Part shown: positions 1 through 13,400 of the stretch, one piece after another | Numbering within the stretch: the stretch's first letter is position 1 | How the letters are laid out: each line of letters opens with the position of its first letter | Source: the human T2T-CHM13v2.0 reference genome, Homo sapiens | Reading direction: 5' to 3' (one strand) | DNA: 64,000 nt | Assembly (NCBI RefSeq): GCF_009914755.1 | Contig: NC_060931.1 | Notes under the pieces: model-generated | The model's database searches: none | What the model was told of the DNA's origin: nothing | The model's input: the letters and a program-made list of their open reading frames with translations, nothing else | Program-made: the position numbers and the translations under genes

Positions 1-51
1 ATTAATATCTTTCTTAGATCTCTTTTAAACTACAGTTTTCTTCTTCTTCTA

Positions 52-198
52 TTTTTATTTATTTATTTATTTATTTATTTTAGAGACAGGGTCTTGCTAT
101 GTTACTCAGGCTGGCTTTGAATTCCTGGATTCAAGTAATCCTCCTGCCTCAGCCTCCCAAGTAGCTGGGACTACAGGCACACACCACCAGACCTTGCC
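52..198 (-). mobile_element. FLAM (free left Alu monomer)
   Basis: (TTTA)n tail, then Alu left-arm antisense 'agagacagggtcttgctatgtt...gtagctgggactacaggc'; flanking repeat cttctatttt at 46-55 and 199-208. Confidence 0.85.
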
Positions 199-324
199 CT
201 TCTATTTTATTTTTATTAATTGCAATTTATTTGTTGATGAGCATAGAATGTTTATTATATAGTTTCCCAGAGTCTGGTTTTACTTACAGCATTATTGTAT
301 TGTCCATTAACATGTTCCTCTGGC

Positions 325-2105
325 ATACTCCCATTCACAATTGCCACAAAATAACTAGGGAGGTGAAAAATCTCTACAAGGAGAACTGCAAACCACTACT
401 CAAAGAAATCAGAGATGACACAAAGAAATGAAAAAAACATTTCATGCTCATTGATAGAAAGAATCAATTAAGGTGGCCATGCTGTCCAGAGCAATTTGTA
501 GATTCAATGCTATTTTTATTAAACTACCACTGAGATTCTTCATGGAATTAGAAAAAACTATTTTAAAATTCATATGGAACCAAAAAAGAGCCAGAATAGT
601 CAAGGTAATACTAAGCAGAAAAAAACAGAGCTGGAGACATAACACTACCTGACTAAACTATACTACATGGGTACAGTAACCAAAACAGCATGGTACTGGT
701 ACAAAAACAGACACATAGACCAATGAAACAGAATAGAGAACCCAGAAATAAGGCCACACACCTACAACTATCTGATCTGTGACAAGCCTGACAAAAACAA
801 GCTATGGGGAAAGGATCCCCTATTCAATAAATGGTGCTGGAATAACTGGCTACCCATATGCAGAAGACTGAAGCTGCACTGCTTCCTTATACCATATACA
901 AAAATCTACTCAAGATGGATTAAAGACTTAAAGTAAAACCCAAATAAAAAAGCTGGAAGATAAGGTAGACAATACTATTCAGGACACAGGCACAGGCAAA
1001 GATTTCATGACAAAGATGCCAAAAGCAGTTGCAACAAAAGCAAAAATTGACAAATGGGATTTAATTAAACTAAAGAGCTTCTGCACAGCAAAAGAAGCTA
1101 TCAACAGCATAACCAGACAAACTACAAAAAGGGAGAATATTTTTTGCAAACTATGCATCTGACAAAGGTCTAATATTCAGCATCTATAAGCAACTTACAC
1201 AAATTTATGAGAAAAAACAACCTTATTAAGAAGTGGGCAAAGAACATGAACAGACACTTTTCAAAAGAAGACATACATGCAGCCAACAATCATATGAGAA
1301 AAAGCTCAACATCAGAGAAATGAAAATCAAAACCACAATGAGATACCATTTCACACAAGGCAGAATGACTATTATAAAAAGTAAAAAACAAAAAACAAAA
1401 ACAAAACAAACAGATGCCAGCAAAGCTGCCGAGAAAAGGGAGTGCTTATACATTGTTGGTGGGAGTGTAAATTAGTTCAACCATTATGGAAGACAGTATA
1501 GCAATTCCTCAAAGACCTAAAGAGATAAATACCATTCGCCCCAACAATCGCATTACTGGGGATATACCCAAAGGAACAGAAGTCATTCTATCACAAAGAT
1601 ACATGCATGCGTATATGTTCATTGCAGCACTATTCACAATAGCAAAGACATGGAATCAACCTAAATGTCCATCATTAATAGACTGGATAAAAAAAATGTG
1701 GTCCATATACCCCATGGAATACTACACAGCCATAAGAAAATGAAAGCATGTCTTTTGCAGGGACAAGGATGGAGCTGGAGGCCACTCTAGCAAACTAACG
1801 CAAGAACAGAAAACCAAATACTGCATTCTCTCACTTGTCAGTGGGAGCTAAATGATGAGAACACATGAACATGTTGAAGGGAACAACACACACTGGGGCC
1901 TTTTGGAAGGTGGAGATGGGAGGAGGGAGAGGATCAGGAAAAATATTTAATGAGTACTAATACCTGGGTGATGAAATAACCTGTACAACAAATCCCCATG
2001 ACACAAGTTTACCTAAGTAACAAACCTGCACTTGTACCCCTGAACTTAAAATAAAATTTAAAACAAACAAAGAAAAACACATACATCAGTAGATGAAAAA
2101 AAAAA
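325..2105 (+). mobile_element. 5'-truncated L1 (L1PA13-16-like), ORF2 3' end plus 3'UTR
   Basis: ORF2 C-terminal remnant (MFIAALFTIAKTWNQPKCP), 3'UTR 'gggaggagggagaggatcaggaaaa', A-rich tail; TSD aacatgttcctctggc (309-324) / aaaatgtttctctggc (2102-2117). Confidence 0.92.
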
Positions 2106-2119
2106 TGTTTCTCTGGCCC

Positions 2120-2770
2120 CTAGATTTTCTACAACTTGGTAGTGACATTAAAACATGTGAAGAGATTGAATGGAAATGTATAGTAAGTGTCAGCATAGGT
2201 GTTAGTGTGTCCTTCTGTCAGGAGCAAATATGCCTGTTTCTCTCTCTTTCTTTGTGAAATGAGCACCATTAATGATTATTGTATATATCCATTATTTTAT
2301 TAGACGTTATAAAATTATGATATTCTAAGGATATTTTTCCTCAGTTATTTATCAGCTGAAAGATTTTTATAATTATTTAACCTGCATTTAGTTAATGGTT
2401 TGGTTAACCTGAGTGATAGACTGCAGAGGAAAAGCAGGATACATAATTTATCTTCTCCCTTCTTTACCAGTTTTCACCTTAATAATAAGTATCCTCCCAG
2501 CACGGCCTGCAGATTTGCCTGTTTTGTGTGAGCACATGATGCTTTTCTGTTGGTTACAGTCATGATCCTTGCCAGTGCTCAATCTGTCCCACCCTGGACA
2601 GTGGGGGCCTCTTCATGTTGACTTCAGAGTTCCTGCGACATAACCCAGGCAGTCTTTTATGCATCATGGCTTCTAGTGTCACAAGATATTTCAGGCTCAC
2701 TCTGCACATTTCCTGTCCCAAAGTTTAGTGGAAATGGTATTTAGAGTATACGGACTAGGCATTAAGGGAG
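2120..2770 (-). mobile_element. old L1MC4/L1ME-type 3'UTR fragment (host of the L1PA above)
   Basis: 'agtgggggcctcttcatgttgac...caagatatttcaggctcactctgcacatttcctg...tttagtggaaatggtatttagag' resembles L1MC4 3' end antisense. Confidence 0.6.
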
Positions 2771-3875
2771 CAATATTTTTAAGCTCTAGTGGTTCAGTTA
2801 GTTTCAGGCAGTTAGGTGGCATAGGTAAAATATAATGGTAAGCAGACAGTTATTTCTTCTGACGATGGCACATATGTTCTCAAACTTGTAGCGACTATGT
2901 GTGTAAAAGAAACATCTTAATATCAGTGTCACTTCTTAATATTAATTGTTTTAGTCTATTTGACAATTACCAGCATATTTCTGAAATAATTTTTGGCTAT
3001 ATTCTAGCTAATCTAATTTTTACTGGGTTTGTTTGTTTGTTTGTTTGTTTGTTGTTTCAATACCCTCATCTGCTAATAACCACCACTGGGGGCCCTTATT
3101 CAACATTCTATTCTGTTCTTTTAATTATGAACTGTTAAGAACAGTGAGTTAAGAAGTTTAAGGATTTTACTTGTTACAAAATAGCCCACATTTAACTACT
3201 TTTCCAGAATGCCTCAAGTGGGAACTAATAAGAAGGATCTACACACTCTCAATGTCTATGCTTGCCAGAAAATTGATCTCAGCAGCTAAACAGTGAGTCC
3301 TTTGATGGTTAGGTCAGGCCACCAGTGACTCCTCTTCTTCATGGCTCAGACATTGTAGCAGGGAGAACCTGGGTTAGGGAACAACAGAGACAGGATACCG
3401 TCTAGTTCCTCTCACCCTGTGCACTCTTAACACTGAACTAATCTCAGATTTCTGAAAGAGTGAGTTATATTTAAATCTTTCCTTTGCAATCCTTGCAAAA
3501 ACCTTCATTTCTATACATAAAAATTATCATTTGCTTTCAAAGGGGAAAGATCAGATCAACATAATTAAGGGTCTTAGAATGCAGGTGACCTCAAAGTGTG
3601 TTTGCTTCTCCTGCTAGTTGGCTGTTCCCAACAAATGGCAGGATTTTAGAGCACTCAGTGATTTAAAAGTGGGCATATCTGTTTGTCCAGTGGATTTTAT
3701 TACTGTCACGTAATTTACCATCAAGTAATAAAATCGCACTATTCTTCATTTTAGACTGAACATTTGGAAAGCTTTTTCTCAAACTTTGTCCAAATTCAGG
3801 GCGATAGTTTTTGGAACTTAGCTGTATTTTCTTCCAAGTGAATTTCTAAATATGCCTTAACCATCGGTCAGCTAT

Positions 3876-4218
3876 ATTTATCTCATGAAGGTAGAGAGTA
3901 GAATGGTGGTTACCAGAGATTGGGAAAGGTAGGGAGAAGAGGGATGAAGGGAGGCTGATTAATGGGTACAAAAATACAGTTAGAAGCAGTAAGTTCTAGT
4001 ATTCCATAGCACAGTAGGGAGACTGTTGTTACCATTAAATTATTATATATTTCAAAATGGCTAGAAGAGATTTGAAATTTTTCCCAACACAAAGAAATGA
4101 TAAATAGTTGAGGTGATAGATATCCCAATTACCCTTATCTGATCATTACACACACGTACCAAAATATTATATGTACCCCATAAATATGTATAATTATTAT
4201 GTATCATCATATAAAAAC
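3876..4218 (+). mobile_element. L1MA 3'UTR fragment
   Basis: 'gtagagagtagaatggtggttaccagag...atgtaccccataaatatgtataattattatgtatca'; TSD aaccatcggtcagct (3859-3873) / aacaatgggtcagct (4216-4230). Confidence 0.85.
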
Positions 4219-4339
4219 AATGGGTCAGCTGATAAACTAAAAGGTTGATGGGGTAGCAATGGAGAATAAAACCTCATCATCTATCATTATTTTTTCACTT
4301 TTGCTGGCTACATCCAAATGTTAATGAATGTCAGCATAC

Positions 4340-4552
4340 GCTTATTCAGATGTCTGATGCTATGTTATATAATGTCCTAAAGACTGTTTACACCCATTCA
4401 GCCTCACTCAGTTGTCAAAACAACTATATGAAATGAGCAGAGAGAAACTCAGTTATTTCACCAAGGTTACCGGTGGAAACGTCAGAGCAGAATTTAAACT
4501 TAGGCAATTCAGCTCCAGGAGTTCATGATGTTAGACACTACATGACACTGCT
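4340..4552 (-). mobile_element. MIR
   Basis: core-like 'ccaaggttac...agagcagaatttaaacttaggca'. Confidence 0.55.
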
Positions 4553-5414
4553 TCTGCTTTGCTTTCACAGGTCCTTAAATAAATGTCATATAACTGTGAA
4601 ATCTCAGGACTAGATTTAGCTTAAATGTATTCTAGGATAATTCCCCATTTAACTTTTGACTTCCCCAAAAAACACTTGGTTAAAACAGCAAGCAGGTCTA
4701 TAGTCACCTTAAACAACTAGGAGCCCACTACTTATGCTTTATAATATCAGGAATGCAAAGTTGCTTCACTTCTCTGAGGTGGTTCTTAGTTGGAAAATTG
4801 TCAATGGCAGTGCCTGCTTGGAAGGTTTTGAAGATATATATAAGGCGAAGTTGCTCTGAAAATGCCTGGCACAAAGCATGTCCTCAATGAAAAACGAATC
4901 TTCATTATATCTTTAATAAATTCCAGTTTCCTTTTCTTGCTTCCATCCTTCGTCTCTCTCTCTCTCTCTGGAAAGTCCAGTAGCAAGTCCTTTCCTTGGA
5001 ATCTTCAGAGCAAGCAGGCCTAGAGTTCCTCATTAATACTTACGTTGGGGACCTTCTTTCCCTTTTCCTCAAGTTTTTTTCAACTCTTCACCTTATGACC
5101 ACTTGAAGGGACTCCAAATGATTCCAGTGAGCCACATTTCTCTTAGAAGGTTGCCAATGGCTTTACAGCACGAGGTGTCATGGGGCCAGTGCTAGAATTG
5201 GATAATGAAAGATGAGTTTAGGGCTAGTTGTCCTGGGAGAAAGGATTTTAGATGTCACCGGAACCACAGAAGGAAAAGCATAGAGTCAAGGAAACTTCAT
5301 CAAGTTGACCAAACATCAGTGTGGATGAAAGAGTAAAAGACAACATTGGCCTTGGGAAAATGTCTGCTGGCAATTGCATGCTTCCAGCTGAGTCTGTATT
5401 TGAGTTGCAGTGGG

Positions 5415-5600
5415 GCAAACTTTGGTTCTGAGCCTGAGTCCACCTTATCTCCTTGGGTTAGTTACTTGGCCCCTTGAATTTTAGCATCCTTGTCTACAAA
5501 AGAGAATGACTATGCTTCTAATCGACTAAGTTAACTCATACAAAATACTTAATTATAATGAGTACATTGTAACAGTTTAATAATACTTACTAAAATATTT
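5415..5600 (+). mobile_element. MIR
   Basis: 'ccttgggttagttactt...catccttgtctacaaaagagaatgac' degenerate MIR core. Confidence 0.5.
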
Positions 5601-5829
5601 GAATTTATATTAAAATTCTTTGGAATGAATAAATTTAAAAGTATGAATATAAAGGTTAACTGAATTATATTTTCACTGAAATTGTGGCTTGCAACCTCCT
5701 GAATTAGCTATCAAATCTGATACATGACCATCTTTTGGGTCTCGTGATTGCCATATGGCACCATGCACAGCGAGTGAGCCTGGTAATCATCGTATTCCGT
5801 CATTTCTTTTGCAATTATCTTTTGCTGAT

Positions 5830-6260
5830 GACTCTCCCTTTCCTGCCCCCCACCCCCATCCACCCTCTGCCCTTCTCTGATCTCCTCCGTGCCATGGATG
5901 ACCTCTATGGATGTTTTTGTCTCTGCCCTCCAACTTCTGATTGTGTTTGACCAATGGGAGACTCTGAAATGATATTAGAAGATAGAAGGGAAAGAATACT
6001 GTTCCTTCCTCATCCCCACTGTCCCCATCATCATGGTTTGGCTGCAGTCCCTGTTGGGCTGTCCTGCTGCTGCACTTGCTGACATACACTCCCTTTATTG
6101 ACTGAGCCTTGCAGACCTGGGAAGGGGAATGGACATCTTGTTGTTGCAAATCCCTAGGGTCTTTAAGCCTTTATGGCTTTCTTTAGTCCTTTCCTTAATG
6201 TCTTTTCAATTAACCCTTCAAAAATGCTATTTATTTCCTACCAAGACCTTGATTGATGCA
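5830..6260 (+). mobile_element. LTR33-family (ERVL) solo LTR
   Basis: 'cttctgattgtgtttgaccaatgggag' and 3' end 'gctatttatttcctaccaagaccttgattgatgca'. Confidence 0.65.
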
Positions 6261-7223
6261 CATATATTGAATCCTTTCTGTTTACCGAGCACTTCCTAAG
6301 AAAAGGGGACACGGCAACACCTAAAACAAAGTTCCTGCCTCAGTTTGTTTGTAAATTATGTGGAGCAACAAATATATAAAGTGAAGCTGCAGGGCACCGT
6401 GTCATACTCATCATATCTGGAAAGGGAACTGAGCCCAGTGAGAAGAGAAGAGCATGGGGCTTCTCCTAAAACAGAGGGAGCCTGGGCAGGGCAGGTGACC
6501 TAGGAGCTGCCTTATGTGGGGCACAGCAGCAAGGACAACAGAATTTCTCAAATAATAGAGAACCTTTTATTTGAAGAAGCAGCTTATTATCTACCAGATA
6601 GATCAGTAAGACGTCATTGGTTTGAGATTAAATAGATAACTGAGAATAGTTTCTGTAGGATTTCTTTGATGGCCTGTTGCAGGAGAGTGTTCTTGGGTGG
6701 AGGGGATCAGGCTGGAGGAGAGCCAAGGGAGGTGTATGTATACTTCCTGGGTATTCACTTAGCCTTTGGCTTTTAAAGTAATTTAAGCAGATTAAAAAAA
6801 TGATATATTTGCCACACATCATAAATAACTGATAATAAGGTTAAATAAACTCCTTTGAACATTCTAGAATTGGGCTGTTTATAAATATATATCATGAAAA
6901 TGATCACAGGCTGCACTTCTGAAAATGTTTTTGTTTAACTTAAGAAGTTCATGCCATCATTATAGCCTATCTATAAACTGAAATCATATACCCATATTAT
7001 AATTACTGAGTATAAATATGTGCACCAAAAAATAAAAGAAAAGAACAACTCTTGGAAAAAACAAAAAGACAGACTATGATTAATGTAACAAGCTATTTCT
7101 AATCTGGATTTTTAGATTTTTATTTAATCATTTAGAGATTATAACACTAATAAATGAAAGTTATAGGATAATCAAAATATATAATATTATAAAGAATAGT
7201 AGGTAATCCAACATGTTTATTTA

Positions 7224-7574
<351 letters not shown>

Positions 7575-8044
7575 TTAGCCTCTCCCTTCAAGTGATGGAG
7601 TCTTTGGACATGATTGCGGGACTTCAGTGTAGCAAAACGTCATTGCATAAGTGACTGAACCTTGATGGTGGATATTGATAGACATGTTGCAGAACACCAG
7701 TATTATTAGGTAAATCAGGATGGGAAGATAGAAGAGGAAGATGTTAGGATTTTTTTTCAAGATGATGTACCAATGAAATCAATAGTTCTCTTTCAAGAAA
7801 ATCCATAAATGTAAAAATAAAATAAAAAAAAACAAAAATTTAAACTGCAGACACTTATCACCTACAAGATAAGTGTATATTTAGGATAAAATTTGACTTT
7901 TAATTTTAATAAGTTGAGTAAAGAAATACAAATATCAAATTAACTTTTTGATTAATTGAATCTGAACTCAAAGTTATAAATCTGTCAGGATTTACATAGG
8001 TAACTTTGATTGAAATAATAAATAAAGTGAAGTATTAAAAATGA

Positions 8045-8185
8045 AAATAGAAGGACAGGTAACAGTTGGTAAGAACGGTAAAAAGGTGATGAGTGGCAAA
8101 GCTGGATATGGTTACCTGAAGGTTCATTACACTATCCTTTTTACTATTGTGTGTGTTTAAAATTTGTTATAGTAAAATTTCAAAA
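8045..8185 (+). mobile_element. L1ME 3' terminal fragment
   Basis: 'ggttcattacactatcctttttactattgtgtgtgtttaaaatttgttatagtaaaa'. Confidence 0.5.
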
Positions 8186-8784
8186 AGCAGCCAATGTATG
8201 GCTTTGGGGTCAATGCAAAATGGCTCTTTTCTCTTTTTAGGGAAGTTTATCCAAGGAGATTCAACAAAGTGGCCAAGTACATCTTGGAATTCAAGTCATT
8301 GTAAAACAACACCTTACTAATCAAAGGATAAATTAAAACAAATCAACATTAAAGCTAAGTCAAAATTAAGAGTAGATAAAAAATTAAAAGGCTCTTATCA
8401 AGATATTGTTTATTACTCCCAAATACATATTTAGGCTTTCAACAGATAGGCTTTTAAACATTTTAACATTTAAAAAAATACCACACCTATAAACAAAAAT
8501 AAAGAAAAGTTAGAAATTTTCCAAATGAAACTGACCACTTCTTGGTAAAAAAATTTTGGTTATTTTCTGCTCTTCAAAATATTTCATATCTAAGTCAGCA
8601 GAAAAGAAAACAGGAAAAATGATATACTCTTTTATCAGTAGGATTCTGACCTGAGCCATTCAAATGGTGGTGGCATAGCACTAAAAGGAATTTTCAATTT
8701 CTCCCAAACATAGAAGTCTATATTTTTGAACTTCCATGTTTGTGTTTTCATTGGTGTATCAAAATCTAGTTTTGGTGGGTATTT

Positions 8785-10637
8785 TTCAGAGCTTAATTGG
8801 GGTATAACTGACAAATAATAAACTGTACAACATTTCCACAGGTCCTGAGAAATACTGTCTTCTGTATCATTTTATTATAATGTTAATGAAGAAAAATAAT
8901 TGGTTTCATTATATGTTATTTTGCTTAAAGTTGCAGTTTCCAAGAACCTATCTATGATGTTAAGTGAGGACTTACTGTATACAGTTGTATAAGTTTTGAC
9001 ACACATACACAAGTAGAATCATCACCACGTTAAAATAGTAAACATATCCGTCACCACCTCAAGGTTTTTCATGTGCCTTGGTAAGACTTCTTTCCAGCCC
9101 AGCTCTTCCCCATCTGTTCCCAAATAGTGATCTAACTTCTGTCAATATGGATTAGTTTTACTTTTCTAGAATTTTATATAAATAGAATAATAGAGTATGT
9201 GCCCTTTTTTCTAGTTTCTTTCATTGAGGGTAATTATGTTGAGGTTCATCCATGTCATGGAATGAACCAATGTTTAAATATACTACAGTGTGTTTATTCA
9301 TTCGTCTATTGATAGGTATTTGTAGGTCACACAAAGAGCTTCCAGTTTTGCTACAAGCAGAAGTGCTATAATCATACATGCATGGACAAATCTTCATCTA
9401 TAAATCCATCCTTTATTTTTTATTGAGTAAAACCTAGTAGTGGAATAGCTAGATCATAAGGTAAATATTTAACTTTTTTTAAAGAAACTACCAAACTGTT
9501 CACTAAAGTGATTGTACCATCCATTCCGACCAGCAATGTATGAGTTCCAATTCCTCCACATCCTTCTTAAATTCAGCCATTTTTATAGCTGTGTAGTAAT
9601 ATCACAGAGTAGTTTTCATTTGTGTTTCCCTAATGAAAAATGATGCTAAGCATTTTTCATGTGCTCACTTGTCATTCATATATCTTCTGTGGGGAAGTGC
9701 CTGTTAAATGCTTTGCCAAGTTTTTAAAAATTGGGCTGCTCGTTACTGAGTTTTAGGAGTTCTTTGTCTATTCTGGGTTCAAGTCTCTGGAAAGATAAAT
9801 ACTTGAAAATGTATTATCCCCATCTGTAACTTGTTTTTTCATTCTCTTAACAGTGTCTTTTGAAGAGAAGTCATTTTATCTTTAGATGAAGACCAACTTC
9901 ACAATTTGTTCAATTTATGGGTCATGTTTTTGGTGTCATATCTAAGTAATATTTTCCTAACTCATGGTTAGAAATGTTTCTCCTATGCTTTCTTCTAGAA
10001 ATCTCATTGTTTTAAGTTTCACATATGGGTCTATATCCTGTTTCGTGCTAATCATCTATGTGGTGCAAACTGGGGATTTAACTTTTACATGTATATTCAA
10101 TTATTCCACCACCATTGCTTTAAAATGTTATTTGCTTCCCTTTGCACCTTTATAAAAAATCAGGGCATATCATTGTAGGTCTATTTCTGAAATCTCTATT
10201 CCTTTCCACTGATCCATGTCTCTATCTTTATGTCAATACTAAAATCTTGATTTGTTTAGCTTTATATGTTTTGAAATCAAGTAGTGTTAGTTGTTCAATT
10301 TTGGTTTTGGACATTGATTTTTGTATTCCAGGTTATTTTTCTTTCCTTACTGCACTGGCACATCTCTGTGTTCTTGAATTTAGGAGGAAAACATTCAGCC
10401 TTCAGTAATTACGTATGATATTATTTGTAGTATTGCATAGATGACTTTTTCACATTCGGAAGTTCCCTTCTGATCCTACCTTGCTGAGAGTTTTCACCAG
10501 AACTGGATTGTCAAATGCTTCTGTATTTATGTTATAGTTCTGGGATAAATGCCCTTTGATCATAAAAAAATTTCCTTTTGGTATATTGTTCAATTCAGTT
10601 GGCTGAAGTTTGATTTAGAAGTTTTGCATCTATGTTC
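8785..10637 (-). mobile_element. old L1M (L1MB/ME-like) 3'UTR-ORF2, piece A
   Basis: antisense L1 3' end 'gcttaattggggtataactgaca' running into ORF2 and ending at 'gttttgcatctatgttc'. Confidence 0.8.
8837..8977 (+). mobile_element. MER6B-like TcMar-Tigger DNA transposon MITE
   Basis: 'caggtcctgagaaata...ttgcttaaagttgcagtttccaagaacctatctatgatgttaagtgaggacttactg' followed by TA. Confidence 0.75.
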
Positions 10638-10698
10638 TAGGCAGAAAAGAAAAGGAGCTTAAATTATTTTAGTTGAATACATCTTCTTACATGGTATA

Positions 10699-11651
10699 TG
10701 TGAGGAGGAAATAAATGCAAACTGTTTTTATCCTCTGTTCTCACACCACAACAATCAGCACCAAAGAATTTCTCCCCACCAACAAGCAAGCAGTCAATTC
10801 TGCAGTGGGCACCAGCTGGGTGTCCTCTAATTCAGTTCTGGTGACACCACCTCCCTGGAGCTAGCAACAGATTCCACAGGGCTCAGCCTTCAAGACAGCC
10901 TCCCTTTCAGACACCAGTCTCAAGTCCAGGCTTCTGGAATTTCTAACCAACTACTGTCAAGTTGGGATTCCCATGACTCCCTCTTTGGGTTCCACTAATT
11001 TGTTACAGTGCTCACAGAACTTAAGAAAACATTTATATTTGCTGGCTTATTACAAAGGTTATTATAAAGGATGCAGATGAAGAGAGGCATAGGGCAAAGT
11101 ATAGGGAAAGGAGTGGGCAGCTCCTGTGCCCTCCTTGGGTGTGCCACCCTCCAGGAACCTCCATGTGTTCAGTGACCCAGAAGCTCTCCAAACCCTGTCC
11201 TCCTGGGCCTTTTATAGAGGCTTCTTTTGGCAAACATGATTGACAACCATATAGAAATATGATTGAACAGAAAAGATATAATTCAATACTAGTAGACTAA
11301 ATGAGGAAACCTAACAAGACTGTCTGCCCAGATTCTTCTCGGTCACTTCTCTGGGCAGCATTCCCTCCTCTCCAGTATGATGCAGGACCCCTTCTGAAAT
11401 AAGGGTCTGGTGACCTACAATCAAACATGGTAGGCCAGAGAATTGCTTTATGACCAGTTCTGTGACAGAAAGGTAGGAGAAGATTCCTGCCTTGGGAAGA
11501 AAAGGAGCAGGTGAAAGGTGGGCAGGGAAGGTCAAAGAGACTGTTTTCTGAGGCCTGCTCCAGAGGCCTAAAGTGCCTCACATTCTAACAAAGGGCTGCA
11601 GGAGTCATGAGCCAGGAGCCAGGTACAAAACCTGCATATATGATCATCTCA
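10699..11651 (-). mobile_element. MER21A solo LTR
   Basis: 'caccagctgggtgtcctctaattcagttctg', 'gtgccaccctccaggaacctccatgtgttcag'; ~950 bp, TG...CA ends. Confidence 0.85.
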
Positions 11652-11763
11652 CCAGGGGATCCAGGATTTTAAAGGTAAGCAGTTTTCTGTATTGAAAAAT
11701 TTCAGGAACAGAATTTGGGGCTGGTAGTGGCTGACTTCCATGTGGACTGTTGTGGAATGCTAT

Positions 11764-12736
11764 TGAAGCAGGATATTTTGCTGACCCCCTCGTGGGACTC
11801 ACAAAGGAGGTGCCCTGTTTACTCAGCCCGCAGCTCTCAATTACTTGTGGGAGGAAACACGCGAGCAAAAGAGCTAGGAACTGGAGCGCACAGGTGCTGA
11901 AACTAGCTGGCCGCTTTGGCACCAGCAGGGGCACTCCACCCACTTGGACCTGCTGCACACCACCCATCACAGGAGGGGATGTGCAGGTGAGTGGGCGCAG
12001 GAGCCGGGGCTAGCGCTTTTGGGTGCTGGTGGGAGCAAAATTCATGTAGGCCCTCAGCAGCATCTGGAGTGGGGGTGCCCAAGATCCTTGAAGCTCCAAA
12101 GAAAGTGTTACAGTGCTCTTTTAGCTCTGCTGTCCATGGATGGCTTAAGTGTTAACATCTCAGTGGACCCTCTGCCTTTCTGCATGAGGTGGCTGCCTTC
12201 TGCCAGTGAGGGCAAAGGGCAAGCGTGACAACCTTTTGTATTCACACTCATGGTCCTCGAGTTCTTCTCCAGCATCCAGGAGAAATGAGGTCACGTGAGC
12301 AAACTGAAGGATGATATATGCTGGAGATTGTATTGTTGATGAAAGTGGTTCTCAGTGAAAAAAGAGAGCTGAAAAGGGGATAGGGCAGGAAGGTCACCTG
12401 CCCCTGAAGTCCAGCCATTTCCAGCTGGATTCTTCTCTGAAGTTATGCCATCAAGCTGTCCCTCTCAAGTCAAGTCACTTCTCTCCAAAGTCCAGCCATA
12501 GTCTCCAATGTCCAGCTGCTTCTCCCTTCTCCCAGCTGACTATGGGGTTTTTATAGGCACAGGATGGGTGTGGGGCAGACCATGGGTGGTTTCTGAAAAG
12601 GCAACATTCAAGTGAGAAAACAGGGATGCAAGATCTCACTTTGGGCCCTAATCTTAGGCTTTTCTGCTTGAGGGTGGGGTTCTCTCCAGGGACCCGCCCC
12701 AGCTGCCTAGAATTTCTCTGCCTCTTGCCTTTATCA
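11764..12736 (-). mobile_element. LTR27/LTR28-family (LTR1/MER52 group, ERV1) solo LTR
   Basis: antisense start 'tgataaaggcaagaggcagagaaattctaggcagc', end 'atatcctgcttca'. Confidence 0.8.
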
Positions 12737-13400
12737 TTGTATCATTATGATGGCTATGAATAGGGAGGGAGGGACATCCCTGGGATGGCCGAGAACAGCC
12801 CCACTGGTGATGTGAAGTTTGAAGTGGAGGACTTAATTAGCTTCGCCCCTGTATGATGGATGAATGACAAACAAGGAAGAATCGGAAAGATCCTTGGACT
12901 CCCATGTTGGTGATTGTTACTAAGCTCTGGACATTAGCGGAGAGACACATTTAGGACAGAAAATCATGTATCAATGATTGCACAGACCAGGTCCTGCCCT
13001 CCTCCAGATGGCTCAATGATAGATTCTCTGTTACTTCCAGTAGCACAATAAAGATCGGAGTCCCTAATTGATGATAGAGTGGTAGTCGATGTGTCAGGTA
13101 AAGACAACTGTGAAAAATTCATTGGAATAGGATATGTGTCACTATTTAGAGAAAGAGCTTCAGAAAAATTGTACCCATTTGAATTGAATCTAGAAGTCAA
13201 AATTGCAACAGAAATGAAGAAAATTAATATTTAAAAGAAATTTGACAAAGGACAAATACAAATATAAAAATTTTATGAAACTGCTTTAAAATAAATACAT
13301 TTAGTGTCAGCATAGAATACATATCAAAAATAAAACAGAGGCATTAAACTAACACAAGCATAAGTTAAACATGAAGTTGGACATTCTAAAGAATCAATTG

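Larger units (their letters stand above)
10645..13400 (+). pseudogene. decayed Ty3/Gypsy Gag-zinc knuckle-aspartic protease remnant, split by MER21A and an LTR27/28
   Basis: Hand translation: EYIFLHGI|PG (Gag-like FLxGIP, 10675-10698 joined to 11652); degenerate CCHC knuckle C-W-x-C-x-x-x-G-H-x-R-R-D (12905-12949, needs small indels); VVVDVSGKDNCEKFIGIGYVSLFRERASEKL with FIGIG at the L-I-D-T-G site (13118-13132). Confidence 0.6.

Noticed and set aside
12964-13200. 78-aa minus-strand ORF
   Set aside because: Ser/Thr-rich, in-register antisense shadow of the + strand protease frame.
11652-13400. Endogenous bornavirus-like nucleoprotein (EBLN): by eye AVFCIEK..DCCGML, WMN, KSCINDCTDQVL and LYPF resembled bornavirus N motifs
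   Set aside because: The matches needed several frame switches and had mutually incompatible alternative alignments, and no poly(A) or TSD is visible. The zinc knuckle plus retropepsin reading explains the same bases more simply and agrees with the nearby integrase. A tBLASTn or HMM search with Bornaviridae N would settle it.
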